Shown here piece by piece: positions 37,683 through 46,015 of a stretch of DNA of 64,000 nt; within the stretch, counting starts at the first letter, position 1, and each line of letters opens with the position of its first letter. The notes under the pieces were generated by a model, which was given only the letters and a program-made list of their open reading frames with translations, did not search any database and was not told where the DNA came from. Position numbers and translations under genes: made by a program. The stretch is from an uncultured Chloroflexia bacterium. GTDB taxonomy: Bacteria; Chloroflexota; Limnocylindria; Limnocylindrales; CSP1-4. The DNA lies in contig CAWEZH010000003.1 in NCBI GenBank assembly GCA_963813535.1, forward strand, positions 768,001-832,000. Reading direction: 5' to 3'.

Positions 37683-37711
37683 TTGACACTGGGGTAGTAC
37701 CACCGTACCGT
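37683..37711 (+). promoter_or_regulatory. Sigma70-type promoter for flp C
   Basis: TTGACA-N17-TACCGT. Confidence 0.75.
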
Positions 37712-37763
37712 GACCCAGCCCTCGCCCAATGAGGAGCCACGAAGGAAAGGGGGATCCGGCACA

Positions 37764-37934
37764 TTGACAGTTCTCAACGCTCTTATCGATACATTCCGGC
37801 GTGACGAAGACGGCCAGGGTCTTGCGGAGTACGCGCTGATCCTCGCACTCATCGCGATCATCGCCATCATCGCGCTCATCTTCCTGGGCAACCAGGTCAG
37901 CACGATCCTGAGCACGGTCGGCCGCTCGGTCTGA
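37764..37934 (+). CDS. flp: Flp pilin, copy C (56 aa, TTG start)
   Basis: Purine-rich SD; (M)TVLNALIDTFRRDEDG/QGLAEYALILALIAIIAIIALIFLGNQVSTILSTVGRSV. Confidence 0.93.
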   Translation: MTVLNALIDTFRRDEDGQGLAEYALILALIAIIAIIALIFLGNQVSTILSTVGRSV

Positions 37935-37956
37935 TACGCGGACCCGAAACGGTCGA

Positions 37957-37990
37957 GACCGCTGCCACCCACAAGGGGGCAGCGGTCTTT
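37957..37990 (+). terminator. Intrinsic terminator after flp C
   Basis: GACCGCTGCC...GGCAGCGGTC followed by TTT. Confidence 0.75.
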
Positions 37991-38049
37991 CATGTAGGGT
38001 GAGCTCCACTGGCGGTGCCTCGGCGCCGCCAACGGGACCATCGGCTCAA

Positions 38050-38077
38050 TTGACTTGGCACCGTCCGCCCATACGGT
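38050..38077 (+). promoter_or_regulatory. Sigma70-type promoter for flp D
   Basis: TTGACT-N16-TACGGT. Confidence 0.6.
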
Positions 38078-38110
38078 TGTGACATGTCTTCGGAAAGGAG
38101 GTGAATCGAT

Positions 38111-38287
38111 ATGGGGGCTCGTCGTGTCGTGTCCTACCTGGGGCGGCTCCGAGGGGACGAGATCGGTCAAGGCCTAGCTGAATACGCTCTGATCCTGGCA
38201 CTCATCGCGATCCTTGCAATCATCAGCCTCATCTTCCTCGGCAACCAGATCAGCGACAAACTCAGCGTCGTTGGTAACGCGGTCTGA
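38111..38287 (+). CDS. flp: Flp pilin, copy D (58 aa, divergent; missed by the ORF track)
   Basis: AAAGGAGGTG SD; MGARRVVSYLGRLRGDEIG/QGLAEYALILALIAILAIISLIFLGNQISDKLSVVGNAV. Confidence 0.92.
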   Translation: MGARRVVSYLGRLRGDEIGQGLAEYALILALIAILAIISLIFLGNQISDKLSVVGNAV

Positions 38288-38307
38288 TCGACCTTCTCGG
38301 CAACGTC

Positions 38308-38346
38308 AAAACGGCCCATCGGACATCGGGTCCGGCGGGCCGTTTT
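38308..38346 (+). terminator. Intrinsic terminator after flp D
   Basis: AAAACGGCCC...GGGCCGTTTT. Confidence 0.75.
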
Positions 38347-38496
38347 CCCGTCTCCGGACCTTGCAGCGAACCTTGCAGCGTGCGTGGCTTCCTGCCGATT
38401 CCTGCCAGAGGGTCCTAGCCCATTGGTATAGTCGCGCGCCCTGAGGCCTTTGCTACAGTGGTGCCACCTGTCACACCACGTCTCGGGGAGATTCTC

Positions 38497-39378
38497 TTGA
38501 AGCGCTCTAATCGATTGGTCCTGCTCATCGGGGTCTTCCTGGCGATCGTCGCGTTCGTCGCGGTGCTCGTCCTACGGCCTGCGACACCGCAAGAGACTGC
38601 CGAACTAACGGAGCCAACCGTCGTGGCCGCGGTCGACATCCCGCTCGGCGCCGCCATCACGGCCGACCAGGTCAAGACTGTCGACCTGCCCATCACCAGC
38701 CGAAATGAGACCGCGTTCAACGATGTATCGCAGGTCCTCGGCAGGCGTGTCCGTCAGGCCGTCGTCACCGACGCCCAGCTCGACGCCGCCACGTTCGGCG
38801 AGGAGGGCGGCGGCACGATCCTCAATATCGACGTCCCCGCCGGGAAGCGCGCGATCACGGTCCAGGTCGACCAGGTGACCGGTGTCGGCACCGTCATCAA
38901 AACGGGCGACTACGTGGACATGGTGGTCGGTATCCGCGCCGACAAGTTCCCCGTCATCACGACCAATCCCGCCGACGACTCGTTCACCGTCGTCGCCGGC
39001 CTGAACGGCACCAGCGTCAAGCTGCTCCTCCAGGGCATGCAGGTCCTGGGCACGCTGCTCCCACCCCCGACGACCACGACCGCTGAAGGCACGCCCGATC
39101 AGCCCGGGACGGCCCTGACCGGCCAGCAGGAGATCGTCGCCCTCGCCGTGGACGCCCAGCAGGCCGAGGTCATCAAGTTCGCCCAGATGGACGGCGAGAT
39201 CAGCCTCATCCTGCGCTCACCCGACGACTTCACCGACCCGGTCTCGGGTCAGCCCATCGAGCCGCCGCCGCTGCCTGATGCGACGACGGGCATCATCCTC
39301 AAGTCGCTCGTCGACCGCTACGGCGTCCTTCCGCCGGAGCTCATCGAGACGGTCCTGCCGTCGCAGGCCCGGCGCTAA
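38497..39378 (+). CDS. cpaB: Flp pilus assembly protein CpaB/RcpC
   Basis: N-terminal TM, SAF domain (VVAAVDIPLG), VPAGKRAITV, GDYVD and QQAEVI motifs. TTG start after GGGGAG. Confidence 0.9.
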   Translation: MKRSNRLVLLIGVFLAIVAFVAVLVLRPATPQETAELTEPTVVAAVDIPLGAAITADQVKTVDLPITSRNETAFNDVSQVLGRRVRQAVVTDAQLDAATFGEEGGGTILNIDVPAGKRAITVQVDQVTGVGTVIKTGDYVDMVVGIRADKFPVITTNPADDSFTVVAGLNGTSVKLLLQGMQVLGTLLPPPTTTTAEGTPDQPGTALTGQQEIVALAVDAQQAEVIKFAQMDGEISLILRSPDDFTDPVSGQPIEPPPLPDATTGIILKSLVDRYGVLPPELIETVLPSQARR

Positions 39379-39501
39379 CCAAGAGACCCATCCGGCATCG
39401 AGCCGGTGACCATGACCCAGCGCGACGGGCGCGATGGACCGACCGGTCCCCGCGCCCGTCGAGCGTCAACCGAAACGTAAGGACGAGAGCCAGACCCTCA
39501 G

Positions 39502-40770
39502 ATGGCCGACCAGATCCGTGTCCTGATCGTCGACGATATCCCGGAGACGCGCGACCACCTCTCGAAGCTCCTGGGCTTCGAGGGCGACATCGATGTCGTC
39601 GGTGCCGCCGCGTCCGGGACCGAAGCACTCACGCTCGCGACATCGCTCACGCCGGACATCGTCCTGATGGACATCAACATGCCGGACATGGACGGAATCG
39701 CCACGACCGAGGAGATGGCCCGCGCCGTCCCGACGGCGTCGGTGATCATGATGTCGGTCCAGGGCGAGGCGGATTACCTCCGCCGCTCGATGCTCGCCGG
39801 CGCGCGCGAGTTCCTCGTCAAGCCGTTCAGCAGCGATGAGCTGACCGCATCGATCCGTCAGGTCTACTCCCGCGAGCGCGAGAAGATGTCGCGCATGGCG
39901 ATCGTCGCCGCGGAAGCCAGCCACGGAGCCGGCGGGACCAGCCTGACCCCGAGCGGGGACCCCGGCCAGGTCGTGGCGGTCTTCAGCCCCAAGGGTGGCG
40001 TCGGTCGGACGACCCTCGCCGTCAACCTCGCGGTCGCCGCGGCGACCGAGTTCGGCAAGAAGGTCGTGCTCGTCGACGGCTCGTTCCAGTTCGGCGACGT
40101 CGGCGTCCTGCTGAACCTCAATCCCAAGAACAAGTCCATCGCCGACCTCGCCCCCGAGCTCGAGCAGCCCGGTCACGAGGTCGAGTCGATCGATACCTTC
40201 GTGATCAACCACTCCGCAGGCATCCGGGTGCTGCTCGCCCCGCCGAGCCCGGAGATGGCCGAGCTGATCACCCCGGTCGGGATCAGGCGCGTGATCGACG
40301 CCCTGCGCCTGACGCACGAGCTGGTCGTGGTCGACTGCACGTCGTTCTTCAACGACACGACGCTGGCGATCCTCGACTCGGCCGATACGATCCTGACGCT
40401 GCTCAGCCTCGAGATCACAAGCATCAAGAACATGCGTCTGTTCCTCGAGGTGTCGGAGCAGCTCGGTTGGGAGGGCGGCAAGATCCGTCTCGTGCTCAAC
40501 CGCGCCGACTCGGCGCTCGGGATCCGTGTCGCGGACGTCGAGCATTCGATCGGCCGGAAGGTCGATGAGACCATCGTCAGCGACGGTCGCACGGTGGTCT
40601 ATGCGCTCAACCGCGGCGTACCGTTCTTCCTCAGTAATCGGGAGGCGCAGGTCTCCCAGGACATCCTCCGGCTGGCACGCTCCATCGTCGGCGAGCGGGT
40701 GCAGGTCGCACCCACGACCGAGGACCCGCGCAAGGCCACGCAGAAGAAGTCGTTGTTCGCATGGCGCTGA
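39502..40770 (+). CDS. cpaE: CpaE/TadZ: receiver domain plus MinD-like ATPase
   Basis: VLIVDD...LMDINMP...VKP receiver; SPKGGVGRTT deviant Walker A; FGDV and VLNR motifs. Confidence 0.9.
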   Translation: MADQIRVLIVDDIPETRDHLSKLLGFEGDIDVVGAAASGTEALTLATSLTPDIVLMDINMPDMDGIATTEEMARAVPTASVIMMSVQGEADYLRRSMLAGAREFLVKPFSSDELTASIRQVYSREREKMSRMAIVAAEASHGAGGTSLTPSGDPGQVVAVFSPKGGVGRTTLAVNLAVAAATEFGKKVVLVDGSFQFGDVGVLLNLNPKNKSIADLAPELEQPGHEVESIDTFVINHSAGIRVLLAPPSPEMAELITPVGIRRVIDALRLTHELVVVDCTSFFNDTTLAILDSADTILTLLSLEITSIKNMRLFLEVSEQLGWEGGKIRLVLNRADSALGIRVADVEHSIGRKVDETIVSDGRTVVYALNRGVPFFLSNREAQVSQDILRLARSIVGERVQVAPTTEDPRKATQKKSLFAWR

Positions 40771-40828
40771 TCGTCGTGACCGATCAGGCCGTCCAGTCCG
40801 GCCCTCGGGGCAAGAAGGGGTGTAGATC

Positions 40829-42238
40829 ATGTCCCTGTTGAAGCGGATCGAGAGTGCTCGACCCGGTAGCGCCGGAGAGGCGCCCGCGGGTGGGGCTCCG
40901 GTCTCGAACGTACCGGCTCCAGTCGGTGGGCCGCCATCGATGCCGACGACGCCGCGTCTCCAGACGCAGGCGCCCGTCCGGGAGTCGTTCCGGGACGTGA
41001 AGTTCCGGATCCAGAACCGGGTCATCCAGGACCTGGATCCGAAGCTCGACCTGTCCAACCAGGTCGAGGTCCGTCGCCAGATCGAAGAGATCTTCGGCAA
41101 GGTCATCGACGAGGAAGGCCTCGCGCTGACCCGTGCCGAGCGCGTGCGGATGCTCGAGCAGATCACGGACGAGATCATCGGTCTCGGCCCGCTCGAGCCG
41201 CTCCTGCGCGACGAGTCGATCACGGAAGTCATGGTCAACGGGCCCCGCCAGGTCTATATCGAACGATCCGGCAAGCTCGAGCTGACCAACGTCGTCTTCC
41301 AGAACGACGACCACGTCATGCGCATCATCGACCGCATCATCGCCCCGATCGGCCGCCGCGTTGACGAGTCGTCGCCCATGGTCGACGCCCGCCTGACCGA
41401 CGGCTCGCGCGTGAATGCCATCATCCCGCCGCTGTCCCTCGTCGGACCGGTGATCACGATCCGGAAGTTCTCGGCGTCCCCCTTCACCGTCGACGACCTC
41501 GTCCGGTTCGGCACCGCGACCGCAGACATGTTCGACTTCCTGCGGGCATGCGTGGAGGCACGGCTGAACATCTTCGTCTCCGGTGGCACGGGCTCCGGCA
41601 AGACCACGACCCTGAACGTCCTCTCATCGTTCATCCCGAACGACGAGCGGATCGTCACGATCGAGGACGCCGCCGAGCTGCAGCTCCGCCAGGAGCACGT
41701 CGTGACGCTCGAGTCGCGACCACCCAACATCGAGGGCAAGGGCGCCATCCCGATCCGGGAGCTGGTGCGCAACGCCCTCCGGATGCGGCCCGATCGCATC
41801 ATCGTCGGCGAGTGCCGGTCGGGCGAAGCGCTCGACATGCTCCAGGCCATGAACACCGGCCACGACGGCTCGATGTCGACCGGCCACGCCAACTCGCCAC
41901 GCGACATGCTTGCCCGTCTCGAGACGATGGTCCTGATGGCCGGCGTCGACCTGCCGCTGCGGGCCATCCGCGAGCAGGTCGCGTCCGCGGTCGACCTCAT
42001 CGTCCAGCAGAGCCGGCTCAAGGACGGGACGCGCAAGATCGTCAACATCACCGAGGTCCAGGGCATGGAAGGCGATGTCATCGTCATGCAGGACGTCTTC
42101 GTCTTCGAGCAGACCGGCGTCGTCGAGGGCAAGATCCAGGGACGCCTCAAGCCGACCGGGATCCGGCCCAAGTTCGTCGAGAAGTTCGAAGTCATGGGCA
42201 TCAACCTGCCGCCCGGACTCTTCGGCTTCACCTACTAG
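40829..42238 (+). CDS. cpaF: Tad assembly ATPase CpaF/TadA
   Basis: GLGPLEPLL, DESSPMVDARL, GGTGSGKTT, LRMRPDRIIVGE and AMNTGHDGS motifs. Confidence 0.96.
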   Translation: MSLLKRIESARPGSAGEAPAGGAPVSNVPAPVGGPPSMPTTPRLQTQAPVRESFRDVKFRIQNRVIQDLDPKLDLSNQVEVRRQIEEIFGKVIDEEGLALTRAERVRMLEQITDEIIGLGPLEPLLRDESITEVMVNGPRQVYIERSGKLELTNVVFQNDDHVMRIIDRIIAPIGRRVDESSPMVDARLTDGSRVNAIIPPLSLVGPVITIRKFSASPFTVDDLVRFGTATADMFDFLRACVEARLNIFVSGGTGSGKTTTLNVLSSFIPNDERIVTIEDAAELQLRQEHVVTLESRPPNIEGKGAIPIRELVRNALRMRPDRIIVGECRSGEALDMLQAMNTGHDGSMSTGHANSPRDMLARLETMVLMAGVDLPLRAIREQVASAVDLIVQQSRLKDGTRKIVNITEVQGMEGDVIVMQDVFVFEQTGVVEGKIQGRLKPTGIRPKFVEKFEVMGINLPPGLFGFTY

Positions 42239-42249
42239 GGGGTTAGCTC

Positions 42250-43266
42250 GTGGATGCGTTCACGCTCGCCGTCGCTGCCGTCGCGGCCCTCGCGGTCATC
42301 CTGATCGCGTTCGGCGTCGCGGGCTCCGGCAGTTCCGGCATCTCGGACCGCCTCGAGCGCTACGCGTCCGGTCGCGGCGACGGCGCCAAGGCGACGGCGG
42401 CAGCCAGCCAGGGTCCGATCAGCGATCTCATCGCCCAAAGCCAGGCACTCGCCAACCTGAACAAGGTCGTCGAGGGTCGGGACTTCGGTGCGAACCTCTC
42501 GCGCGAGCTCGCGCGGGCGGACCTGCGGCTCAAGCCGTCCGAGTACCTCTTCATCTGGCTCGGCTCGATCGTCGGCGTCCCCGTGGGGATGTTCATCTTC
42601 GGGTTCTTCCTGCCGGCCCTCCAATCGCCGATCGCCCTGCTCGTCGGTGCACTCATCGGCTTCATGCTTCCGAGGTTCTGGCTCAATCGCCGCAAGAACG
42701 GCCGCCTCAATGCCTTCAACAAGCAGCTGCCGGACACTATCACCCTGATCGCGAACGCACTGCGCGCCGGCTCCTCGTTCCTCCAGGCCATCGAGCTCGT
42801 CGTGCGTGAGTCGCGTCCGCCGATCTCGACCGAGTTCAGCCGCGTCATCCGCGAGGTCAACCTCGGCCTGCCGTTCGAGCAGGCACTCGAGAACATGGTC
42901 CGGCGCGTCCGGTCCGACGACCTCGAGCTGATGGCCACGGCGATCTCGATCCAGCACCAGGTCGGCGGCAACCTCGCCGAGATCCTGGACTCGATCGCCT
43001 ACACCATCCGCGAGCGGATCCGCATCAAGGGCGAGATCCGCACGTTGACGGCGCAGCAGCGCCTGTCGGGCTACGTCGTCGGCTTCCTGCCGATCGGCCT
43101 GGCCGGGTTCCTGTTCATCGCAGCCCCCGGGTTCATGGACCCGATGTTCTTCAATCCCCCGGGTATCGCCGGCCTGCCGGCCGGCGTGATCATCCTGTTG
43201 TTCGGCGGGATCATGATGTTCATCGGCTTCATGCTCATCCGGAAGATCGTGGATATCGAGGTCTAG
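42250..43266 (+). CDS. tadB: TadB (T2SS F family)
   Basis: QLPDTITLIANALRAG and QVGGNLAEILD motifs. Confidence 0.92.
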   Translation: MDAFTLAVAAVAALAVILIAFGVAGSGSSGISDRLERYASGRGDGAKATAAASQGPISDLIAQSQALANLNKVVEGRDFGANLSRELARADLRLKPSEYLFIWLGSIVGVPVGMFIFGFFLPALQSPIALLVGALIGFMLPRFWLNRRKNGRLNAFNKQLPDTITLIANALRAGSSFLQAIELVVRESRPPISTEFSRVIREVNLGLPFEQALENMVRRVRSDDLELMATAISIQHQVGGNLAEILDSIAYTIRERIRIKGEIRTLTAQQRLSGYVVGFLPIGLAGFLFIAAPGFMDPMFFNPPGIAGLPAGVIILLFGGIMMFIGFMLIRKIVDIEV

Positions 43267-43269
43267 TCG

Positions 43270-44208
43270 ATGAGCGACATGTTGCCCATCATCGTCGCCG
43301 CGCTCGCCGCGGGATCCATCCTGCTCATCGTCATCGGACTCGCGGGCGGCTCGAACGTCGACCCGGTCCAGGCCAGGCTCACGCAGCTCGGGACGATGCA
43401 GGCCAAGAACCTCGAGGAGCTCGAGCTCCAGCAGCCGTTCATCGAGCGGACGCTGCGCCCCCTCGTCGCCAGTCTTTCGGGCCGGATGTCACGAGCAGCG
43501 TCGTCCTCGTTCACCGAGCGAACGGAGAAGCGGCTCGCCCTTGCCGGCAATCCCGGCGACCTCAGGGTGTCCGACTGGCTCGGCGTCAAGGCGATCGGCG
43601 CGATCGTCATGGGCGTCCTGTTCGCCTTCCTGTTCGGGGTGCTCGGCATCCTCGGCTTCCCGTTCCCGATCGGGTTCGGGCTCGGGATCCTCGGCGCCGT
43701 CCTCGGCTACATCCTGCCCGAGTTCTGGCTCGGCGGGCGCGTCAAGAAGCGCCAAAAGGCCATCCTCCTGATGATCCCGGACACGCTGGACCTCCTCACC
43801 ATCTCCGTGCGGGCTGGTCTCGGCTTCGACGCTGCCCTCGCCAAGGTCGTGGAGAAGCTCAAGGGTCCGTTGTCGGACGAATTCCGGCGAGCCCTCGCAG
43901 AGGTCCGCGTCGGCAAGGCGCGCCGGGACGCGCTGCGCGACATCGTGCCGCGCACCGAGGTCGGGCCGCTGACCAACTTCATCGGCGCCATCATCCAGGC
44001 CGAGCAGCTCGGCGTGTCGGTGTCGAAGGTCCTGCAGGTCCAGTCCGAGCAGCTACGCATCGAGCGCCGCCAGCGTGCAGAGGAACAGGCCGCGAAGGCA
44101 CCGATCAAGATGCTCTTCCCTCTCGTCGGATGCATCTTCCCGTCGCTGTTCATCGTCATCCTGGGCCCGGCCATCATCCTCATCGTCCAGAACCTGGGCG
44201 GCACCTAA
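43270..44208 (+). CDS. tadC: TadC (T2SS F family)
   Basis: PDTLDLLTISVRAGLGFD and AAKAPIKMLFPLV..IFP motifs. Confidence 0.92.
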   Translation: MSDMLPIIVAALAAGSILLIVIGLAGGSNVDPVQARLTQLGTMQAKNLEELELQQPFIERTLRPLVASLSGRMSRAASSSFTERTEKRLALAGNPGDLRVSDWLGVKAIGAIVMGVLFAFLFGVLGILGFPFPIGFGLGILGAVLGYILPEFWLGGRVKKRQKAILLMIPDTLDLLTISVRAGLGFDAALAKVVEKLKGPLSDEFRRALAEVRVGKARRDALRDIVPRTEVGPLTNFIGAIIQAEQLGVSVSKVLQVQSEQLRIERRQRAEEQAAKAPIKMLFPLVGCIFPSLFIVILGPAIILIVQNLGGT

Positions 44209-44217
44209 CCCCGCGCG

Positions 44218-44580
44218 GTGACGGCCGCCCGAAACCACACCCGATCGAGCGACCTCGCCAGTGATGTCGAGGTCGCCGACTCGTTGTGGGGCAAGTTCAT
44301 GGGCCTCATGGGCCGTAAGCCCCTGCCGGCCGGCGCCGGGTTGTGGCTGCCCGATTCGAACGGGATCCACATGATGTTCATGCGCTTCCCCATCGACGCG
44401 GTCTTCGTCGGTCGACCCGACGAACGTGGGGCTCGCCCGGTCGTGAGCGTGCATCGCGCCTTGCGGACGTGGACCGGGCTGGTGCCATTCGTGCGCGGGG
44501 CGCACGGGGTGCTGGAGCTGCCGATCGGCGCCATCGACGCCTCAGCGACGCAGGTCGGAGACCTGATCCAGATCGCGTAG
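44218..44580 (+). CDS. DUF192 family protein
   Basis: VADSLWGKFMGLMGR, IHMMFMRFPIDAVF and VLELP motifs. Confidence 0.85.
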   Translation: MTAARNHTRSSDLASDVEVADSLWGKFMGLMGRKPLPAGAGLWLPDSNGIHMMFMRFPIDAVFVGRPDERGARPVVSVHRALRTWTGLVPFVRGAHGVLELPIGAIDASATQVGDLIQIA

Positions 44581-44661
44581 CGCGGTGGTGGCAGTGCGGC
44601 CTAAGCCTGGGTAGAGCTCCCGATATCTCCGCGTCGAGTCCTCCGTTGCATCCTCCCCCAC

Positions 44662-45348
44662 ATGACGACCATCGTGTCCGCCGTGCGGGCGGCCGCCGGT
44701 CGCGCGCTCGACATCGCGCTCCCGGCATCGTGCGTCGGCTGTGGCGTCGAAGGTCCGGCCATGTGCGGGAACTGTGTCGTCGCACTCGATTCGCGCCTCA
44801 CGAGCCCGGCCGGCGTCCCGATCGGGCTCCCCGGTGACCTGCCGGAGCCGCTGCTCCAGCTCGAGTGGGCTGCGCCGTTCCACGGCGTCACCCGTGCTGC
44901 GCTCCACGCCATCAAATACGGCGGGGAGCAACGCCTCGCGGAGCCTCTCGGTCAGGCTGTCGCCCGGCGATGGGCCATCGCCGGCGTCGGGGCGGACCTG
45001 ATCGCTCATGTGCCGGTCCACGTCGATCGCGCCCGCGAGCGCGGATACGACCAGGCGGAGCTGATCGCGCGTCATGCCGCGACCGCCCTTGGGCTCCCGC
45101 GTGCCGGGCTCCTCCGACGGTCCCGCGCGACGATCGCCCAGTTCGACCTGGACCGACGCGACCGGGCACGCAACGTCCGGGATGCATTCGTGCTCGATCC
45201 ACGGTCGGCGGTCGACATCCGGGGCCGTTGGGTGCTGCTGATCGACGATGTGGTCACGACCGGCGCGACCCTCGCCGCGTGCGCCGCGACCCTCCACGAC
45301 GCAGGGGTGCTCGGCGTGTCGGCGATCACCGTTGCCCGGGAACGCTGA
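44662..45348 (+). CDS. comF: ComF family competence protein (zinc ribbon plus PRTase fold)
   Basis: CVGC..CGNC, RERGYDQA and LLIDDVVTTGATL motifs. Confidence 0.9.
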   Translation: MTTIVSAVRAAAGRALDIALPASCVGCGVEGPAMCGNCVVALDSRLTSPAGVPIGLPGDLPEPLLQLEWAAPFHGVTRAALHAIKYGGEQRLAEPLGQAVARRWAIAGVGADLIAHVPVHVDRARERGYDQAELIARHAATALGLPRAGLLRRSRATIAQFDLDRRDRARNVRDAFVLDPRSAVDIRGRWVLLIDDVVTTGATLAACAATLHDAGVLGVSAITVARER

Positions 45349-45411
45349 CCGAAGCACCCGGGTAGCCCGCGGCTATACTCGGACGACGACCCGATAGCCC
45401 GGAGGTGCGGC

Positions 45412-46008
45412 ATGCGGACGATCGTGAAGGGCAAGAACGTCGAGGTCCCCGACCGAGTCCGCACCTACACCGAACGCAAACTCCATCGTCTCGAGCGACT
45501 GCTCGACGATCGGACCGATGCGATCGTCGAGTTCTCGAACGAGATGCATCGCAGCGCGTCCGATGCGCATATCGCCGAAGTCACGCTCGTCATAGACGGG
45601 CGCACGCTGCGCAGCCACGCGGTCGGCATCAGCTATCAGGCTGCCCTCGACGACGTCGTCGACAAGGTCGAGCGCCAGGCGGTCGACTACAAGGAGAAGC
45701 CGCGGCTCCGAGCCCGACCCGAAGAGGAGAAGCGGATCCTCCGCGACATCGCGGACGGAACGGCCGATCGAGGTCACGAGCGGCGGATCGTGAAGACGAA
45801 GCGGTTTGCGATCGAGCCCATGTTCGAGGAGGATGCGGTCGCCGCGATGGAGGAGCTGGGTCACCAGTTCTACGTGTTCGTCAATGCGGAGACCGAGCGC
45901 GTCGCGATCCTGTATGCCCGCGACGACGGCGATCTCGGCGTGATCGAGCCGATCGTCGGCGGCGAATACACCACGGGGCACGACAAGAGCAACGGCCGGC
46001 GGCGCTGA
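45412..46008 (+). CDS. hpf: Long ribosome hibernation promoting factor (HPF/RaiA)
   Basis: IVKGKNVEV, KVERQ..YKEK, IVKTKRF and MEELGHQFYVF motifs; TATACT -10 at 45374 and GGAGG SD. Confidence 0.93.
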   Translation: MRTIVKGKNVEVPDRVRTYTERKLHRLERLLDDRTDAIVEFSNEMHRSASDAHIAEVTLVIDGRTLRSHAVGISYQAALDDVVDKVERQAVDYKEKPRLRARPEEEKRILRDIADGTADRGHERRIVKTKRFAIEPMFEEDAVAAMEELGHQFYVFVNAETERVAILYARDDGDLGVIEPIVGGEYTTGHDKSNGRRR

Positions 46009-46015
46009 CCGCTGG

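Noticed and set aside
37120-37934. Three ~130-bp near-identical repeats with unique intervening DNA, superficially CRISPR-like
   Set aside because: The repeats are flp coding sequences and the spacers are promoters and terminators; no cas genes are present.
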